64,000 bases of DNA, from sequence record PZ452595.1. One strand, 5' to 3'. The stretch comes from a phage. Within the stretch, counting starts at the first letter, position 1. Each line of letters opens with the position of its first letter. Both the position numbers and the translations under genes were made by a program. Positions 20,939 through 30,796 of the stretch are shown here, piece by piece. The notes under the pieces were generated by a model that ran no database searches, had not been told where the DNA came from, and was given only the letters and a program-made list of their open reading frames with translations.

Positions 20939-22033
20939 ATGGCAATTGTTAAAGAAATAACTGCTGATTTAATTAAAAAGTCCGGTGAGAAAATTTCAGC
21001 CGGACAGAGTACTAAATCAGAAGTAGGAACTAAAACATACACTGCCCAGTTTCCAACTGGGCGTGCTAGTGGTAATGACACTACAGGGGACTTCCAGGTA
21101 ACAGATCTATATAAGAATGGATTATTATTTACTGCATACAATATGTCATCTAGGGATTCTGGAAGTCTTAGATCGATGAGATCTAACTACTCTTCTTCAT
21201 CTTCGAGTATTTTACGTACAGCTAGAAACACTATTAGTAGTACAGTATCAAAACTATCAAATGGATTAATATCAAATAATAATTCAGGAACAATAAGTAA
21301 ATCTCCTATCGCAAACATTCTTTTACCGAGATCTAAATCTGATGTTGATACATCATCACATAGATTTAATGATGTTCAAGAAAGCCTTATCAGTAGAGGC
21401 GGAGGTACTGCTACTGGTGTGCTAAGTAATATTGCTTCAACCACAGTATTTGGGGCGCTGGAAAGTATAACACAAGGTATAATGGCTGATAATAATGAAC
21501 AGATTTATACGACAGCCAGAAGTATGTATGGTGGTGCTGAAAATAGAACTAAAGTGTTTACATGGGATTTGACTCCACGTTCAACAGAAGATTTAATGGC
21601 TATTATTAATATCTATCAATATTTTAACTATTTTTCTTATGGTGAAACGGGTAAATCTCAATATGCTGCTGAAATAAAGGGGTATTTAGATGATTGGTAT
21701 CGTTCTACGTTAATTGAACCTTTATCTCCGGAAGACGCAGCTAAAAATAAAACACTATTTGAGAAAATGACATCGAGTTTAACTAACGTTCTAGTAGTTT
21801 CAAACCCGACAGTTTGGATGGTGAAAAACTTTGGTGCAACATCTAAGTTTGATGGAAAAACGGAAATATTTGGTCCATGCCAAATACAGAGCATCAGATT
21901 TGATAAAACACCTAATGGTAACTTTAACGGATTAGCTATTGCTCCAAACCTCCCTAGTACATTTACTCTCGAGATTACTATGAGAGAAATTATCACGTTA
22001 AACCGTGCTTCTTTATATGCGGGGACTTTTTAA
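20939..22033 (+). CDS. 48: Baseplate tail tube cap gp48
   Basis: 364 aa, same length as T4 gp48. Confidence 0.9.
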   Translation: MAIVKEITADLIKKSGEKISAGQSTKSEVGTKTYTAQFPTGRASGNDTTGDFQVTDLYKNGLLFTAYNMSSRDSGSLRSMRSNYSSSSSSILRTARNTISSTVSKLSNGLISNNNSGTISKSPIANILLPRSKSDVDTSSHRFNDVQESLISRGGGTATGVLSNIASTTVFGALESITQGIMADNNEQIYTTARSMYGGAENRTKVFTWDLTPRSTEDLMAIINIYQYFNYFSYGETGKSQYAAEIKGYLDDWYRSTLIEPLSPEDAAKNKTLFEKMTSSLTNVLVVSNPTVWMVKNFGATSKFDGKTEIFGPCQIQSIRFDKTPNGNFNGLAIAPNLPSTFTLEITMREIITLNRASLYAGTF

Positions 22034-22998
22034 TGTATTCTTTAGAGGAATTTAATAATCAAGCAATAAACGCAGATTTCCAACGTAATAATATGTTTAG
22101 CTGCGTTTTTGCAACAACTCCATCAACTAAAAGCTCTTCGTTGATAAGTTCAATTAGCAACTTTTCTTATAATAACTTGGGCCTAAATTCAGATTGGTTA
22201 GGATTAACCCAAGGTGATATTAATCAGGGAATTACCACACTAATTACTGCTGGCACACAAAAACTGATAAGAAAATCAGGGGTTAGTAAATATCTTATTG
22301 GTGCCATGAGTCAACGTACAGTTCAAAGTTTATTAGGCTCATTCACAGTTGGTACATATTTAATTGACTTCTTTAACATGGCATATAACTCATCTGGATT
22401 GATGATATACTCTGTAAAAATGCCAGAGAATAGATTATCCTATGAAACTGACTGGAACTATAATTCTCCTAATATTCGTATAACTGGGAGAGAATTAGAC
22501 CCTTTGGTTATTTCATTTAGAATGGATTCAGAAGCTTGTAACTATCGTGCAATGCAAGACTGGGTTAACTCTGTTCAAGACCCAGTAACTGGATTGCGTG
22601 CTTTGCCACAAGATGTCGAGGCAGATATTCAGGTTAATCTTCATTCTCGTAATGGATTGCCTCATACTGCGGTGATGTTCACCGGATGCATTCCAATATC
22701 AGTTAGCGCTCCTGAGTTATCATATGATGGAGATAACCAAATAACTACATTTGATGTTACTTTTGCGTACAGAGTGATGCAGGCTGGAGCAGTTGATAGG
22801 CAAGCTGCGCTTGAATGGCTTGAATCTGCTGCTATAAATGGTATTCAAAGCGTTCTTGGAAATAGCGGAGGTGTTACTGGACTATCTAATTCGCTTTCAC
22901 GACTTAGTAGATTAGGAGGAACTGCAGGAAGCATTTCAAACATTAATACTATGACAGGAATTGTCAATTCGCAGAGTAAAATATTAGGAGCAATATAA
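22033..22998 (+). CDS. 54: Baseplate tail tube initiator gp54
   Basis: 321 aa in the T4 gene 54 position. Confidence 0.9.
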   Translation: MYSLEEFNNQAINADFQRNNMFSCVFATTPSTKSSSLISSISNFSYNNLGLNSDWLGLTQGDINQGITTLITAGTQKLIRKSGVSKYLIGAMSQRTVQSLLGSFTVGTYLIDFFNMAYNSSGLMIYSVKMPENRLSYETDWNYNSPNIRITGRELDPLVISFRMDSEACNYRAMQDWVNSVQDPVTGLRALPQDVEADIQVNLHSRNGLPHTAVMFTGCIPISVSAPELSYDGDNQITTFDVTFAYRVMQAGAVDRQAALEWLESAAINGIQSVLGNSGGVTGLSNSLSRLSRLGGTAGSISNINTMTGIVNSQSKILGAI

Positions 22999-23002
22999 CA
23001 AT

Positions 23003-23020
23003 GGGGGCCTTTCGGTCCCC
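23003..23020. terminator. Bidirectional terminator hairpin after gene 54
   Basis: GGGGGCC-TTTC-GGTCCCC stem-loop followed by a T-run, between convergent genes. Confidence 0.6.
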
Positions 23021-23026
23021 ATATTT

Positions 23027-23317
23027 TTATTTACGGAATGAAATGAAAGCAGAAACTGAAGCAACTAAACTGTCTTCAATATAAACTTCAATTTTTACAG
23101 GAGCTTCTGACTCAAATTTACCTGTTACTACACCCTGAAAAATACTTTCAGTCTGTTCTGGCTTTGAAAAATTTTCAGAAGGAAAAATTCCGAACTTTTT
23201 ATCTGTTCCAAAAATTTTAATAAATTCATCGTAAACTGCTTCATTAAAAGCATTATCAGCAGGAATAACGCCTTCAACTACAAGTTCTTGACCTAAAAAG
23301 CGCAAAGAAGATTTCAT
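23027..23317 (-). CDS. Hypothetical protein downstream of alt
   Basis: 96 aa ORF preceded by the conserved early promoter/SD cassette. Confidence 0.6.
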   Translation of the reverse strand: MKSSLRFLGQELVVEGVIPADNAFNEAVYDEFIKIFGTDKKFGIFPSENFSKPEQTESIFQGVVTGKFESEAPVKIEVYIEDSLVASVSAFISFRK

Positions 23318-23324
23318 TTTGTGT

Positions 23325-23378
23325 TCCTCATGTTATGTCAGTAAGACTACTATAACACAACACGAGGGACTTGTAAAC
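23325..23378 (-). promoter_or_regulatory. Early promoter plus 5' UTR cassette, copy 1
   Basis: On the - strand: GTTTAC, 18-bp spacer, TGn-TATAGT, then GAGGA SD before the ATG; 54-bp near-identical copy at 39187..39240. Confidence 0.5.
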
Positions 23379-25435
23379 TACATTTTGAACTTTTTAGACA
23401 TTCCGTTGATGTTAACCAAAGAAGCCAAGATTTGAGAAACTTCGTTTTCCTCTTCTTTTGATTCTTCTACAAGGAATTGATTAAATCCAGCCATTGGACG
23501 AACTTCACCAGTTTCCATTAGATGGTCGCCATCATATACTGATTCTTCTAATTGTTCAGAAGGAGGAACGATTGTACCTTCGATTAGATACTTGTTATAA
23601 GCAGTTTCTTTCATAAAGTACGTACTTACTTTATTAATCTTCAGTAAAATTCCACGAGGTAGAATAACTTCAGCTTCTGATGGAAATCCTGATAAATGAC
23701 CTGGAACGATAACTTTGATTCGCTCAGCTCCTTTAATTACCATACCCACGCTAGTTTCAGCATCTTCATTAGCATATGTAGAATGACTACCCATATGCAT
23801 CAAATCTTCTGCATCAACAGAACCTTCTCCTTCGCCAGAAAATACCGCACCGGAATCATCTAAGGCCATATAGTTTTTACCATGCTCACCGAAGATATTT
23901 GGTTTAAGCGATGTGGATACGAAGTTCTTGAAATAGAACATTTTATTTTCAATATTATGACGTAAAGTTTTAAAGGTAACTTCTTGTCCACGATAAAGAG
24001 TAGTTCCTGGAGGAAGAACTGAACCTTTAGCGAATGCAGAATCCAACGTCTCGATGTGCTTAATAGCTCGTTCCATATATTCTTCACGGGTAGAATCTGG
24101 TTTACCCAAAAGGAACGAGTTCATTTCAACATATGAATCTGCACAATAATCTTCAATTACATCAGATTCAGCTTGAGTTAATCCTTTTGGAGTTACTTCG
24201 GTGCTTGCGTATTCATATGCCTGAGCAGCAGATTCATTAATCAATTTATAAATGCCATTCATGACAAATTGAATAATAGCTGTCTTTTCATCTGGCGTAG
24301 CTTTAGAACCTTTAACCAAATCATTGATAATTTTCTTAATAACATCAAAGCTATTAGAAATATTAATATCAGCAAGATCGCTTAAAATTTTATCAGTTTT
24401 ATAATCAAAGAATTCTTTATTCTTTAAATATTCTTGAGAACCTTGATATGTTATATCGCTCTGCAACTTGATAGATGGATCACGTAAACGCGCATGGGCT
24501 AATGCAATATGATTTCGGAAACTTTCTAGTTCATAATCGCTAGATTTAAAACGAGAAGCACTTCTCATACCACCGATAGCTCCTTTGCTGAAGTTTGAAC
24601 CAATCTGAATAACGCCAGAGTTCATTGGTCCTTCTGCTTTATATACCGGAACTTTAGATTCAAACTCTTGATATTTCTTAGCAGCGAAGCTATCACCCTG
24701 AAGTGAAGCATCGACAGTAGAATATTGAGCTTGTGCTGCTAATCGACGACTAATTTTAGTTTTTTGAATAACAGCTTGATCCGTGCGCTTATCATTTTCT
24801 AAAGCAATAGAAGCAGCAACAGCAACAGCTTTAGGAACAGCATTACCTGTTTTAACATCTACATAAACATCACCGACCTTTGATTCAACTTTTGTGAATA
24901 ACTCAGTTGAAATAGGAGGTACACCTGGAATGTCTTCTAAATTGGCATTTTTACGGTAAACCATAATATATGCGTACTTTTTATCATAGTCCCAGATTTC
25001 CTTTAAAAGAACATATCGACCTGCTCCTTTAGTACGTACTAAACGGTCAGCAATAACTTGCATTTGACGAGCTGCGCCATTTGTTTTACTCTTTAGTACG
25101 CGGAATAAGCATGCGTCAATTTTATACTGCTTCATTGTTTGAAGAGCAGTATCAAAAACAGCATTAATGACGCCAATTGGATTTCCACCCAAGTTTCTAA
25201 GCTTAACCAGCGATAATTTCTCGTTGACGCCTATCATTACGATATGCATCATTTTATCGCCTGGCTTAACGTTTTTATTTGTATCACCGCCAGAGGTGTA
25301 TGTACAAAATCTAAATCCAGGAAGCACACTTTCTTCGCCGGCTTGAATAGCAAAAATTTGTGGTATTTTATGCTTAGGATTTAAGTTAACAACCGGCGCC
25401 GAAGCGCCGTCAAATAATTCTGTAATAAGTTCCAT
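23378..25435 (-). CDS. alt: Alt-family ADP-ribosyltransferase, paralog 1
   Basis: 685 aa (T4 Alt is about 682 aa); C-terminal region carries ART-type R, STS and ExE motifs (YRGQ, FVSTSL, EAEVILPRG). Confidence 0.85.
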   Translation of the reverse strand: MELITELFDGASAPVVNLNPKHKIPQIFAIQAGEESVLPGFRFCTYTSGGDTNKNVKPGDKMMHIVMIGVNEKLSLVKLRNLGGNPIGVINAVFDTALQTMKQYKIDACLFRVLKSKTNGAARQMQVIADRLVRTKGAGRYVLLKEIWDYDKKYAYIMVYRKNANLEDIPGVPPISTELFTKVESKVGDVYVDVKTGNAVPKAVAVAASIALENDKRTDQAVIQKTKISRRLAAQAQYSTVDASLQGDSFAAKKYQEFESKVPVYKAEGPMNSGVIQIGSNFSKGAIGGMRSASRFKSSDYELESFRNHIALAHARLRDPSIKLQSDITYQGSQEYLKNKEFFDYKTDKILSDLADINISNSFDVIKKIINDLVKGSKATPDEKTAIIQFVMNGIYKLINESAAQAYEYASTEVTPKGLTQAESDVIEDYCADSYVEMNSFLLGKPDSTREEYMERAIKHIETLDSAFAKGSVLPPGTTLYRGQEVTFKTLRHNIENKMFYFKNFVSTSLKPNIFGEHGKNYMALDDSGAVFSGEGEGSVDAEDLMHMGSHSTYANEDAETSVGMVIKGAERIKVIVPGHLSGFPSEAEVILPRGILLKINKVSTYFMKETAYNKYLIEGTIVPPSEQLEESVYDGDHLMETGEVRPMAGFNQFLVEESKEEENEVSQILASLVNINGMSKKFKM

Positions 25436-25438
25436 GAT

Positions 25439-27535
25439 TTATCCTTGAACGAACTTGTAAGGCATGTTTGTAATATCTATGCAAGACGCAATAATTCCAA
25501 GAGATGATTCTACTTTCTGTTTAACATTTGATGAAACAAATGATGCAAAGTCAACTCTGTCTTCTATTTCAATATCACCTGTCATTGTAACTACTTCGCC
25601 GGTTTCCATTAGACGGTCACCGTCATAAATTACCGATTCGGTGAGTTCTTCCGTGGTCATAACTTCAGCTTGAATGAGTTTTGTATTATTAGATGTTGTT
25701 CCGTCATTATTAGAAGCATCGGTTATTTTATTAACTTTGACCATCAATCCGCGCGGTAGAATAACTTCAGCTTCTGTTGCTATTCCGAGACTTCCTGGAT
25801 ATACAACATTAACTTTATGTGCGCCGTCAATTGCCCATCCTATTTGAACTTTAACGTATTCAGGATTTTCTTTATACGCTCTTATTTCGTTTGGATTAAT
25901 AGTTATTCCTTCTTCATTTTTATCAACTGTTAATTCATTGCGAGCTTCTGGTTCTAAAAGACCAATACCAGCATGTGTAATTCCAAAACGTCCAAAAATG
26001 ATAGGAGTTAAAGAAGTAGATACAAAATTTCTGAAATAGAACACTTTATTTTTAACTAGCGCTTCGTATATAGGAGCAGTCATACTTTGAGCACGATAAA
26101 CTGTAATGCCTTCCGGTATACGGTCACCATTTTCAAAAGCTGAATCTAAATTATTTATAGCAGATTCAATTTCTTTTTCACTCATTACATCATATCGTTC
26201 TGGATTGTAACGACCTAAAAGAAGATTATTAATATCTGTATATCCTGAGCCACAATATTCTCTAATGCCGCGCTTTTGTGATGGAGTATATTTAGAACCA
26301 TCACGGGCAATAGTAATATCAATCATTGGGCCTGCACCAATTCCAGAAAAACTATAAATCATTCGTTTGAGGAATTTAGTTTTTGCCGCATTCCAGGCAT
26401 TTTTAGTTATTTCTCCCCAGACTTCATCTGACTGCCCTTTACGAGTTTTATTATGTTTATCAAGCCAATTATCTTTGTATTCTTCAAAGAATTTATTAAC
26501 AGCTGCTGCGTATTTCTCTAAACATTTTATTGAAGTAGTTGGTTCATTTTTGATTGCGTTAAAAATTACATCTTTAATTTTTTCTGAAACTTCATCAACC
26601 TCACTTTTTGAAAAGAATTTATAGTCATAGTGAAGTTCATTCGCAGTTCCTTCGGCAATAATTTTTGCTGCCTTAGTTTTAGAAGCTAATGAATTAATTC
26701 CAAGCTTCATTTCTTCTGCTTCGGGAATTAAAGGAGCGGTAGCAGGTTTATTGAAATTAGCTGCGGTAGATTCATACTTCTGGAATAATTCACTTTCAAA
26801 TCTAGAAGACTCTAACGATTGACTTTGTGCAATTGCTCTACGGGAAATTTTAACTTTAACGATTACAGCTTGGTCAGAACGTTTATCGTTTTCTTGTGCA
26901 ATAGATGCTGCAATTGCCTCATTTTTAGTTACTTGAGCCCCAGTATCTTTATTGATATAAACATCACCGACCTTCGATTCAACTTTAGTAAAGAGCTCGG
27001 TACTAATTTCCGGAACTCCTGGAATGTCTTCTAGTGATACATTTTTGCGATGTATAAGAATATATGCATACTTTTTATCATAATCCCAGAGTTCCTTAAG
27101 AAGGACGTATCTGCCACCTGAACGACTACGGATAAGTCTATCAGCAATAACTTGAATTTGTCGAGCTTGACCAGCGGTTTTAGACTTAAGAATACGAAGC
27201 ATACAGGCATCAATTTTATACTGACGCATTGTTTGCATCGCAACAGTAAAAACTGAATTGATATAATTAATTGGGCTTGGACCAAGACCTTTTAATTTAG
27301 CAATTGAACCTTTAGCAGTTAATGTAAAAGGAACAATATGCATCATTTTATCGCCCATTTTTAAATCGCGATTAGTATCACCTCCAGATGTATAGGTACA
27401 TAAACGAAAGCCTGGTTGTTCAATTGCATCATCAACGTGAACTGAAAAAATTTGCGGTATTTTCTTCTTTGGATTTAAGTTTGTAATCGGAAGAGTAGTA
27501 TCTTCGTCAAATAATTCTGTAATGAGTTCCATCAT
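25439..27535 (-). CDS. Alt-family ADP-ribosyltransferase, paralog 2
   Basis: 698 aa; N-terminal 230 aa roughly 60-65% identical to paralog 1 by eye; same R, STS and ExE motifs (YRAQ, FVSTSL, EAEVILPRG). Confidence 0.85.
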   Translation of the reverse strand: MMELITELFDEDTTLPITNLNPKKKIPQIFSVHVDDAIEQPGFRLCTYTSGGDTNRDLKMGDKMMHIVPFTLTAKGSIAKLKGLGPSPINYINSVFTVAMQTMRQYKIDACMLRILKSKTAGQARQIQVIADRLIRSRSGGRYVLLKELWDYDKKYAYILIHRKNVSLEDIPGVPEISTELFTKVESKVGDVYINKDTGAQVTKNEAIAASIAQENDKRSDQAVIVKVKISRRAIAQSQSLESSRFESELFQKYESTAANFNKPATAPLIPEAEEMKLGINSLASKTKAAKIIAEGTANELHYDYKFFSKSEVDEVSEKIKDVIFNAIKNEPTTSIKCLEKYAAAVNKFFEEYKDNWLDKHNKTRKGQSDEVWGEITKNAWNAAKTKFLKRMIYSFSGIGAGPMIDITIARDGSKYTPSQKRGIREYCGSGYTDINNLLLGRYNPERYDVMSEKEIESAINNLDSAFENGDRIPEGITVYRAQSMTAPIYEALVKNKVFYFRNFVSTSLTPIIFGRFGITHAGIGLLEPEARNELTVDKNEEGITINPNEIRAYKENPEYVKVQIGWAIDGAHKVNVVYPGSLGIATEAEVILPRGLMVKVNKITDASNNDGTTSNNTKLIQAEVMTTEELTESVIYDGDRLMETGEVVTMTGDIEIEDRVDFASFVSSNVKQKVESSLGIIASCIDITNMPYKFVQG

Positions 27536-27555
27536 ATCCTCTCTAGTGTTTATTC

Positions 27556-27563
27556 TATTTATA
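27556..27563 (-). promoter_or_regulatory. T4 late promoter motif TATAAATA upstream of the alt pair
   Basis: Reverse complement of TATAAATA about 20 nt upstream of the paralog 2 ATG. Confidence 0.55.
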
Positions 27564-27566
27564 AAA

Positions 27567-27588
27567 TTAAAGGCCCGAAGGCCTTTAA
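27567..27588 (-). terminator. Terminator hairpin (AAAGGCC-UUCG-GGCCUUU on the - strand)
   Basis: 9-bp stem overlapping the stop of the 62 aa ORF, upstream of the alt pair. Confidence 0.6.
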
Positions 27589-27773
27589 TAATCTATCGGT
27601 AAGAGAGTACGATATATTTCAAACTTTGGACCTTTTTCATAAGCATCAAAAGTTTCTGTGAATTTATTATAAGCATATGCATCAATAAATTCAATCATGA
27701 TTTGTGATACAGAAGTAGAAACATCTCCGCCTTCTTTTTGAGCCACAACAATTGTTTCTAAGTAAGCTTTCAT
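27585..27773 (-). CDS. Hypothetical protein
   Basis: 62 aa ORF overlapping the gene 30 stop by 4 nt. Confidence 0.5.
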   Translation of the reverse strand: MKAYLETIVVAQKEGGDVSTSVSQIMIEFIDAYAYNKFTETFDAYEKGPKFEIYRTLLPIDY

Positions 27774-29233
27774 AAACCAGTTACCTCATGAAAATCGCCA
27801 AATACATCTTCGAATGTATTAGCTTTAGTTTTATCTTCACGTAAACGAATCGCAATCGGAAGAAATAATTTAACGTAATCAGTGCGGCCATCGGATTTTA
27901 ACCAACCGTTGCATTCGCACTCTAGAATTTTTCCAATATAATAATTTTGGTTTTCCATAATGCGAGTACGGTCAAGTTCATGCGATTTTACACCGGCTTT
28001 ATCTTTTAAGCCTGAACCAGCATTTACTTTAATTTTTCCACACTCTGACTCAAGAATAAATCCACCTGCTTTAGTAGGGTCTTTACGGTGAGGATAAATT
28101 CCTACAATTTTTAAATCAACATCAATTACTTCTTTAAATTTATAGAGATTTTTTGAACGAGCATTTTCCCATAATCCATCAATATTTTTGAGAATAATAC
28201 CTTCAAGACCTTGGTCAATATACTTTTTATAAATTACCTTAGCTTCATCTAGGTTATTTACTACCTGGTTTTCAATTAAAATTACTTTATCATAGCCTGA
28301 TGTCATTTGTTCTAGTTTAGAAAAACGTACATCATATTTCAAACGAAATGCTGGAAGACCGTATATTTCTACTAATGGAACATAATCCCAGACCTGAAAC
28401 TTCATGCACCGTGCTTCTTTTTCTGAAATAGTTCCCTTTAAAGATTTATTGGCGATTCCATTAGAAGCAGTACGTGATTCAGCTACTTCTGTGAAGTCTT
28501 TAGCTTTACTGTTTTCAGGATGAGCATCAAAAAGAAAATCTAGGCCTTCTGGCTCCTTTTTAACTTGCTCATGGTATACCAATTCGCCATCAATCAACAC
28601 ACCTTCTGGATGAATCTGGCGGGCTTCAGCGGTCATTTTGATTAACTCTTCTTTAAGAAGATCTAATCCTAGATACTCATTACCGGCTCGTGATAAAAGA
28701 CGAACATCATCTAATTCATCACCTCTGACTTCAGCAAAGCACCGAGCTCCATCAGCTTTTAACTGGGCAAAAGCTGGAAATTTGATATTCTTATTAATGC
28801 CTTTTTCATCATAAGAACTTGCAAGCATTTGAGGTTGTTCAGGAATTAAACCTGGCCAAACTTTGTTTGCAATAGATACTGAAGCACCACATTCAAGGTC
28901 TCGCATCATCACTCGACGCAAAACTTCAACATCATCTTTTTTACCGTCAGTAATATAACCTACTAATTCCTCAATTGCTGCATTTCCAGTCAATTTCCGA
29001 GTAGCTAATGTAAATTCAATGAAGTCAAGCATATCGGTAAGAGTCAACATTCCAAAACTCTGGGTAGCAATACCAGGTTTAGGCCATTTCTTGATATAAT
29101 ACTGTAACCCACGAGAATAAGTCAGACGATATACCCGTTTAAGCAATTCATTATCTTTATTCTTTTCAAGAATTGCTTGTTTTTGTTTAGTTGAACCAAT
29201 AGATGCTATTTCATTCAGAATTTTAAGAATCAT
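27770..29233 (-). CDS. 30: ATP-dependent DNA ligase gp30
   Basis: 487 aa, same length as T4 DNA ligase; KxDG adenylation motif (AQLKADGARC). Confidence 0.97.
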   Translation of the reverse strand: MILKILNEIASIGSTKQKQAILEKNKDNELLKRVYRLTYSRGLQYYIKKWPKPGIATQSFGMLTLTDMLDFIEFTLATRKLTGNAAIEELVGYITDGKKDDVEVLRRVMMRDLECGASVSIANKVWPGLIPEQPQMLASSYDEKGINKNIKFPAFAQLKADGARCFAEVRGDELDDVRLLSRAGNEYLGLDLLKEELIKMTAEARQIHPEGVLIDGELVYHEQVKKEPEGLDFLFDAHPENSKAKDFTEVAESRTASNGIANKSLKGTISEKEARCMKFQVWDYVPLVEIYGLPAFRLKYDVRFSKLEQMTSGYDKVILIENQVVNNLDEAKVIYKKYIDQGLEGIILKNIDGLWENARSKNLYKFKEVIDVDLKIVGIYPHRKDPTKAGGFILESECGKIKVNAGSGLKDKAGVKSHELDRTRIMENQNYYIGKILECECNGWLKSDGRTDYVKLFLPIAIRLREDKTKANTFEDVFGDFHEVTGL

Positions 29234-29499
29234 TGTTCATCCTTCAGAGTTTGATTTACAGTTCTATTATAAATCAATTCATCATTAAGCTCAGTCAAAG
29301 ATCTATGATATGTAGTTCTAACTTTATTTCCTTGCATCCAGTGCTTGACGTAAATGAAACCTTGCTCTACGCATTTTTTAAAAATTCGTTCGTCTTTTTG
29401 AGCTCGGAATTCTGGATTGCATCTAAAAAATTGATTTACGTGACCGTAATCACGTGTAGTATTACCTTCATTTTCATAAATAGTATGAACGACAAACAT
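29230..29499 (-). CDS. Hypothetical protein (position of T4 30.1)
   Basis: 89 aa ORF with 4-nt overlap coupling to neighbours. Confidence 0.6.
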   Translation of the reverse strand: MFVVHTIYENEGNTTRDYGHVNQFFRCNPEFRAQKDERIFKKCVEQGFIYVKHWMQGNKVRTTYHRSLTELNDELIYNRTVNQTLKDEQ

Positions 29500-30335
29500 T
29501 AGAATGCTCCTTGGAAAATATTATCACCACAAGTAGGTCTATTATACAAATACTCTATGCCACCGGGTTTAATATAGTTCCATGTCTGAAACGGATGCGT
29601 CTGATATGGATGATATAGATTATAAGGATTAAATCCAGGAGTTCTCCAGGTAGTGTTCCAAGGAAAAGAATCGTTTTTAATCATCTTTTCAATTACATCT
29701 TTTATAGCTTTTTCACTATCAAAGCTTTCTTTATTTTCCTTTGGTGAAAAAAGCTTATTCTCTACATCGTTCCATGTATAAACTCGCTGAGCAGTTTTTG
29801 GAATATTGTCACGCTCTCCTCGAGCCATCCAATAAACAGGAACATTTAATATTTCACTCGCGTGATCGCAGTGGTGAGCGAGATCGTCAATATAACAAAT
29901 TACGTTATATTTCTCTTTTGCCTTTTTGAACAACTCTTCTTTTGAAGAATCATGACCACACATCATTACTTCTGAGAAGGCACCAGGAAAAAGAGCATTC
30001 AAATTAAATTGACGATTCAGCAGAGCGTCAATAGAATCACCCAGTGCTGTAACAGCTACAAAATTATAATCTTCTTTTAATTTGTTAATTACACACAGAG
30101 CATCTTTATATGGAGACAAGTAACGAATAAAATCCGAACGATTGTATTTTTCAATTAACTTGACGCCAAGTTCTTCATCACAATTAAAAAGTTTACCTGG
30201 AGAAATAAATTTCTCATCTTGGATCATTTTTAAAATATGTTCCAACGGAAGGTTATATTTCTGGGCAAAATAAGGAAGGCCTGATTGCCAGCTTAAACAT
30301 ACTCCATCAATATCAGTTAAAATAGTAGGCTTCAT
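29499..30335 (-). CDS. HAD-like hydrolase (position of T4 30.2)
   Basis: 278 aa; N-terminal DxDGV motif (LTDIDGVCL) typical of HAD-superfamily phosphatases/nucleotidases. Confidence 0.6.
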   Translation of the reverse strand: MKPTILTDIDGVCLSWQSGLPYFAQKYNLPLEHILKMIQDEKFISPGKLFNCDEELGVKLIEKYNRSDFIRYLSPYKDALCVINKLKEDYNFVAVTALGDSIDALLNRQFNLNALFPGAFSEVMMCGHDSSKEELFKKAKEKYNVICYIDDLAHHCDHASEILNVPVYWMARGERDNIPKTAQRVYTWNDVENKLFSPKENKESFDSEKAIKDVIEKMIKNDSFPWNTTWRTPGFNPYNLYHPYQTHPFQTWNYIKPGGIEYLYNRPTCGDNIFQGAF

Positions 30336-30796
30336 AGAGAGTCTCTTAATAGGTTTAACACATCAATAAATTCAGCTTCGGTTAGTATTGTATCATCTTT
30401 TGTTAGACCACTAGCCATGCTGTGCTTCAAAACTTTTCCTTTCGAGGCTTGTAATGCATCGCGAAAGCCCCTATTTTGGATCGCTGCTTCAAAATATGCA
30501 TTTGTGTATAATTCTTTCCACGCTGGGGAGTATCTTGAAAATGGAACTCCAAGCCAGAAGAGGGTCCCACGGTCCTGAGCTCTAGCATAAGACCTTCCAG
30601 CTTGTTGGGCGGCAAGCCCAGATAACCCAAATATACGACGTTGTTGTTCAACGTTTTTCACCTTGCATCCTTGGAGGAATCCTTCAAGACCTCCAAATTG
30701 AATACCATCCATAACGAAAGGCCAATGGGCGAAATTACTTAATGCGCATGATGGCCACCTAAAATTGCTTCTAATCTCTAACTCAGACATTTTCAA
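30332..30796 (-). CDS. NADAR-like (YbiA/DUF1768-like) protein (position of T4 30.3)
   Basis: 154 aa; N-terminal LSNFAHWPFVMDGIQF resembles the NADAR signature (SNFxxxP...DG); recalled similarity, not searched. Confidence 0.5.
   Translation of the reverse strand: MKMSELEIRSNFRWPSCALSNFAHWPFVMDGIQFGGLEGFLQGCKVKNVEQQRRIFGLSGLAAQQAGRSYARAQDRGTLFWLGVPFSRYSPAWKELYTNAYFEAAIQNRGFRDALQASKGKVLKHSMASGLTKDDTILTEAEFIDVLNLLRDSL

Noticed and set aside
26367-27285. Short ORFs on both strands inside Alt paralog 2
   Set aside because: Embedded in a long, motif-bearing ORF; no start-site signals.
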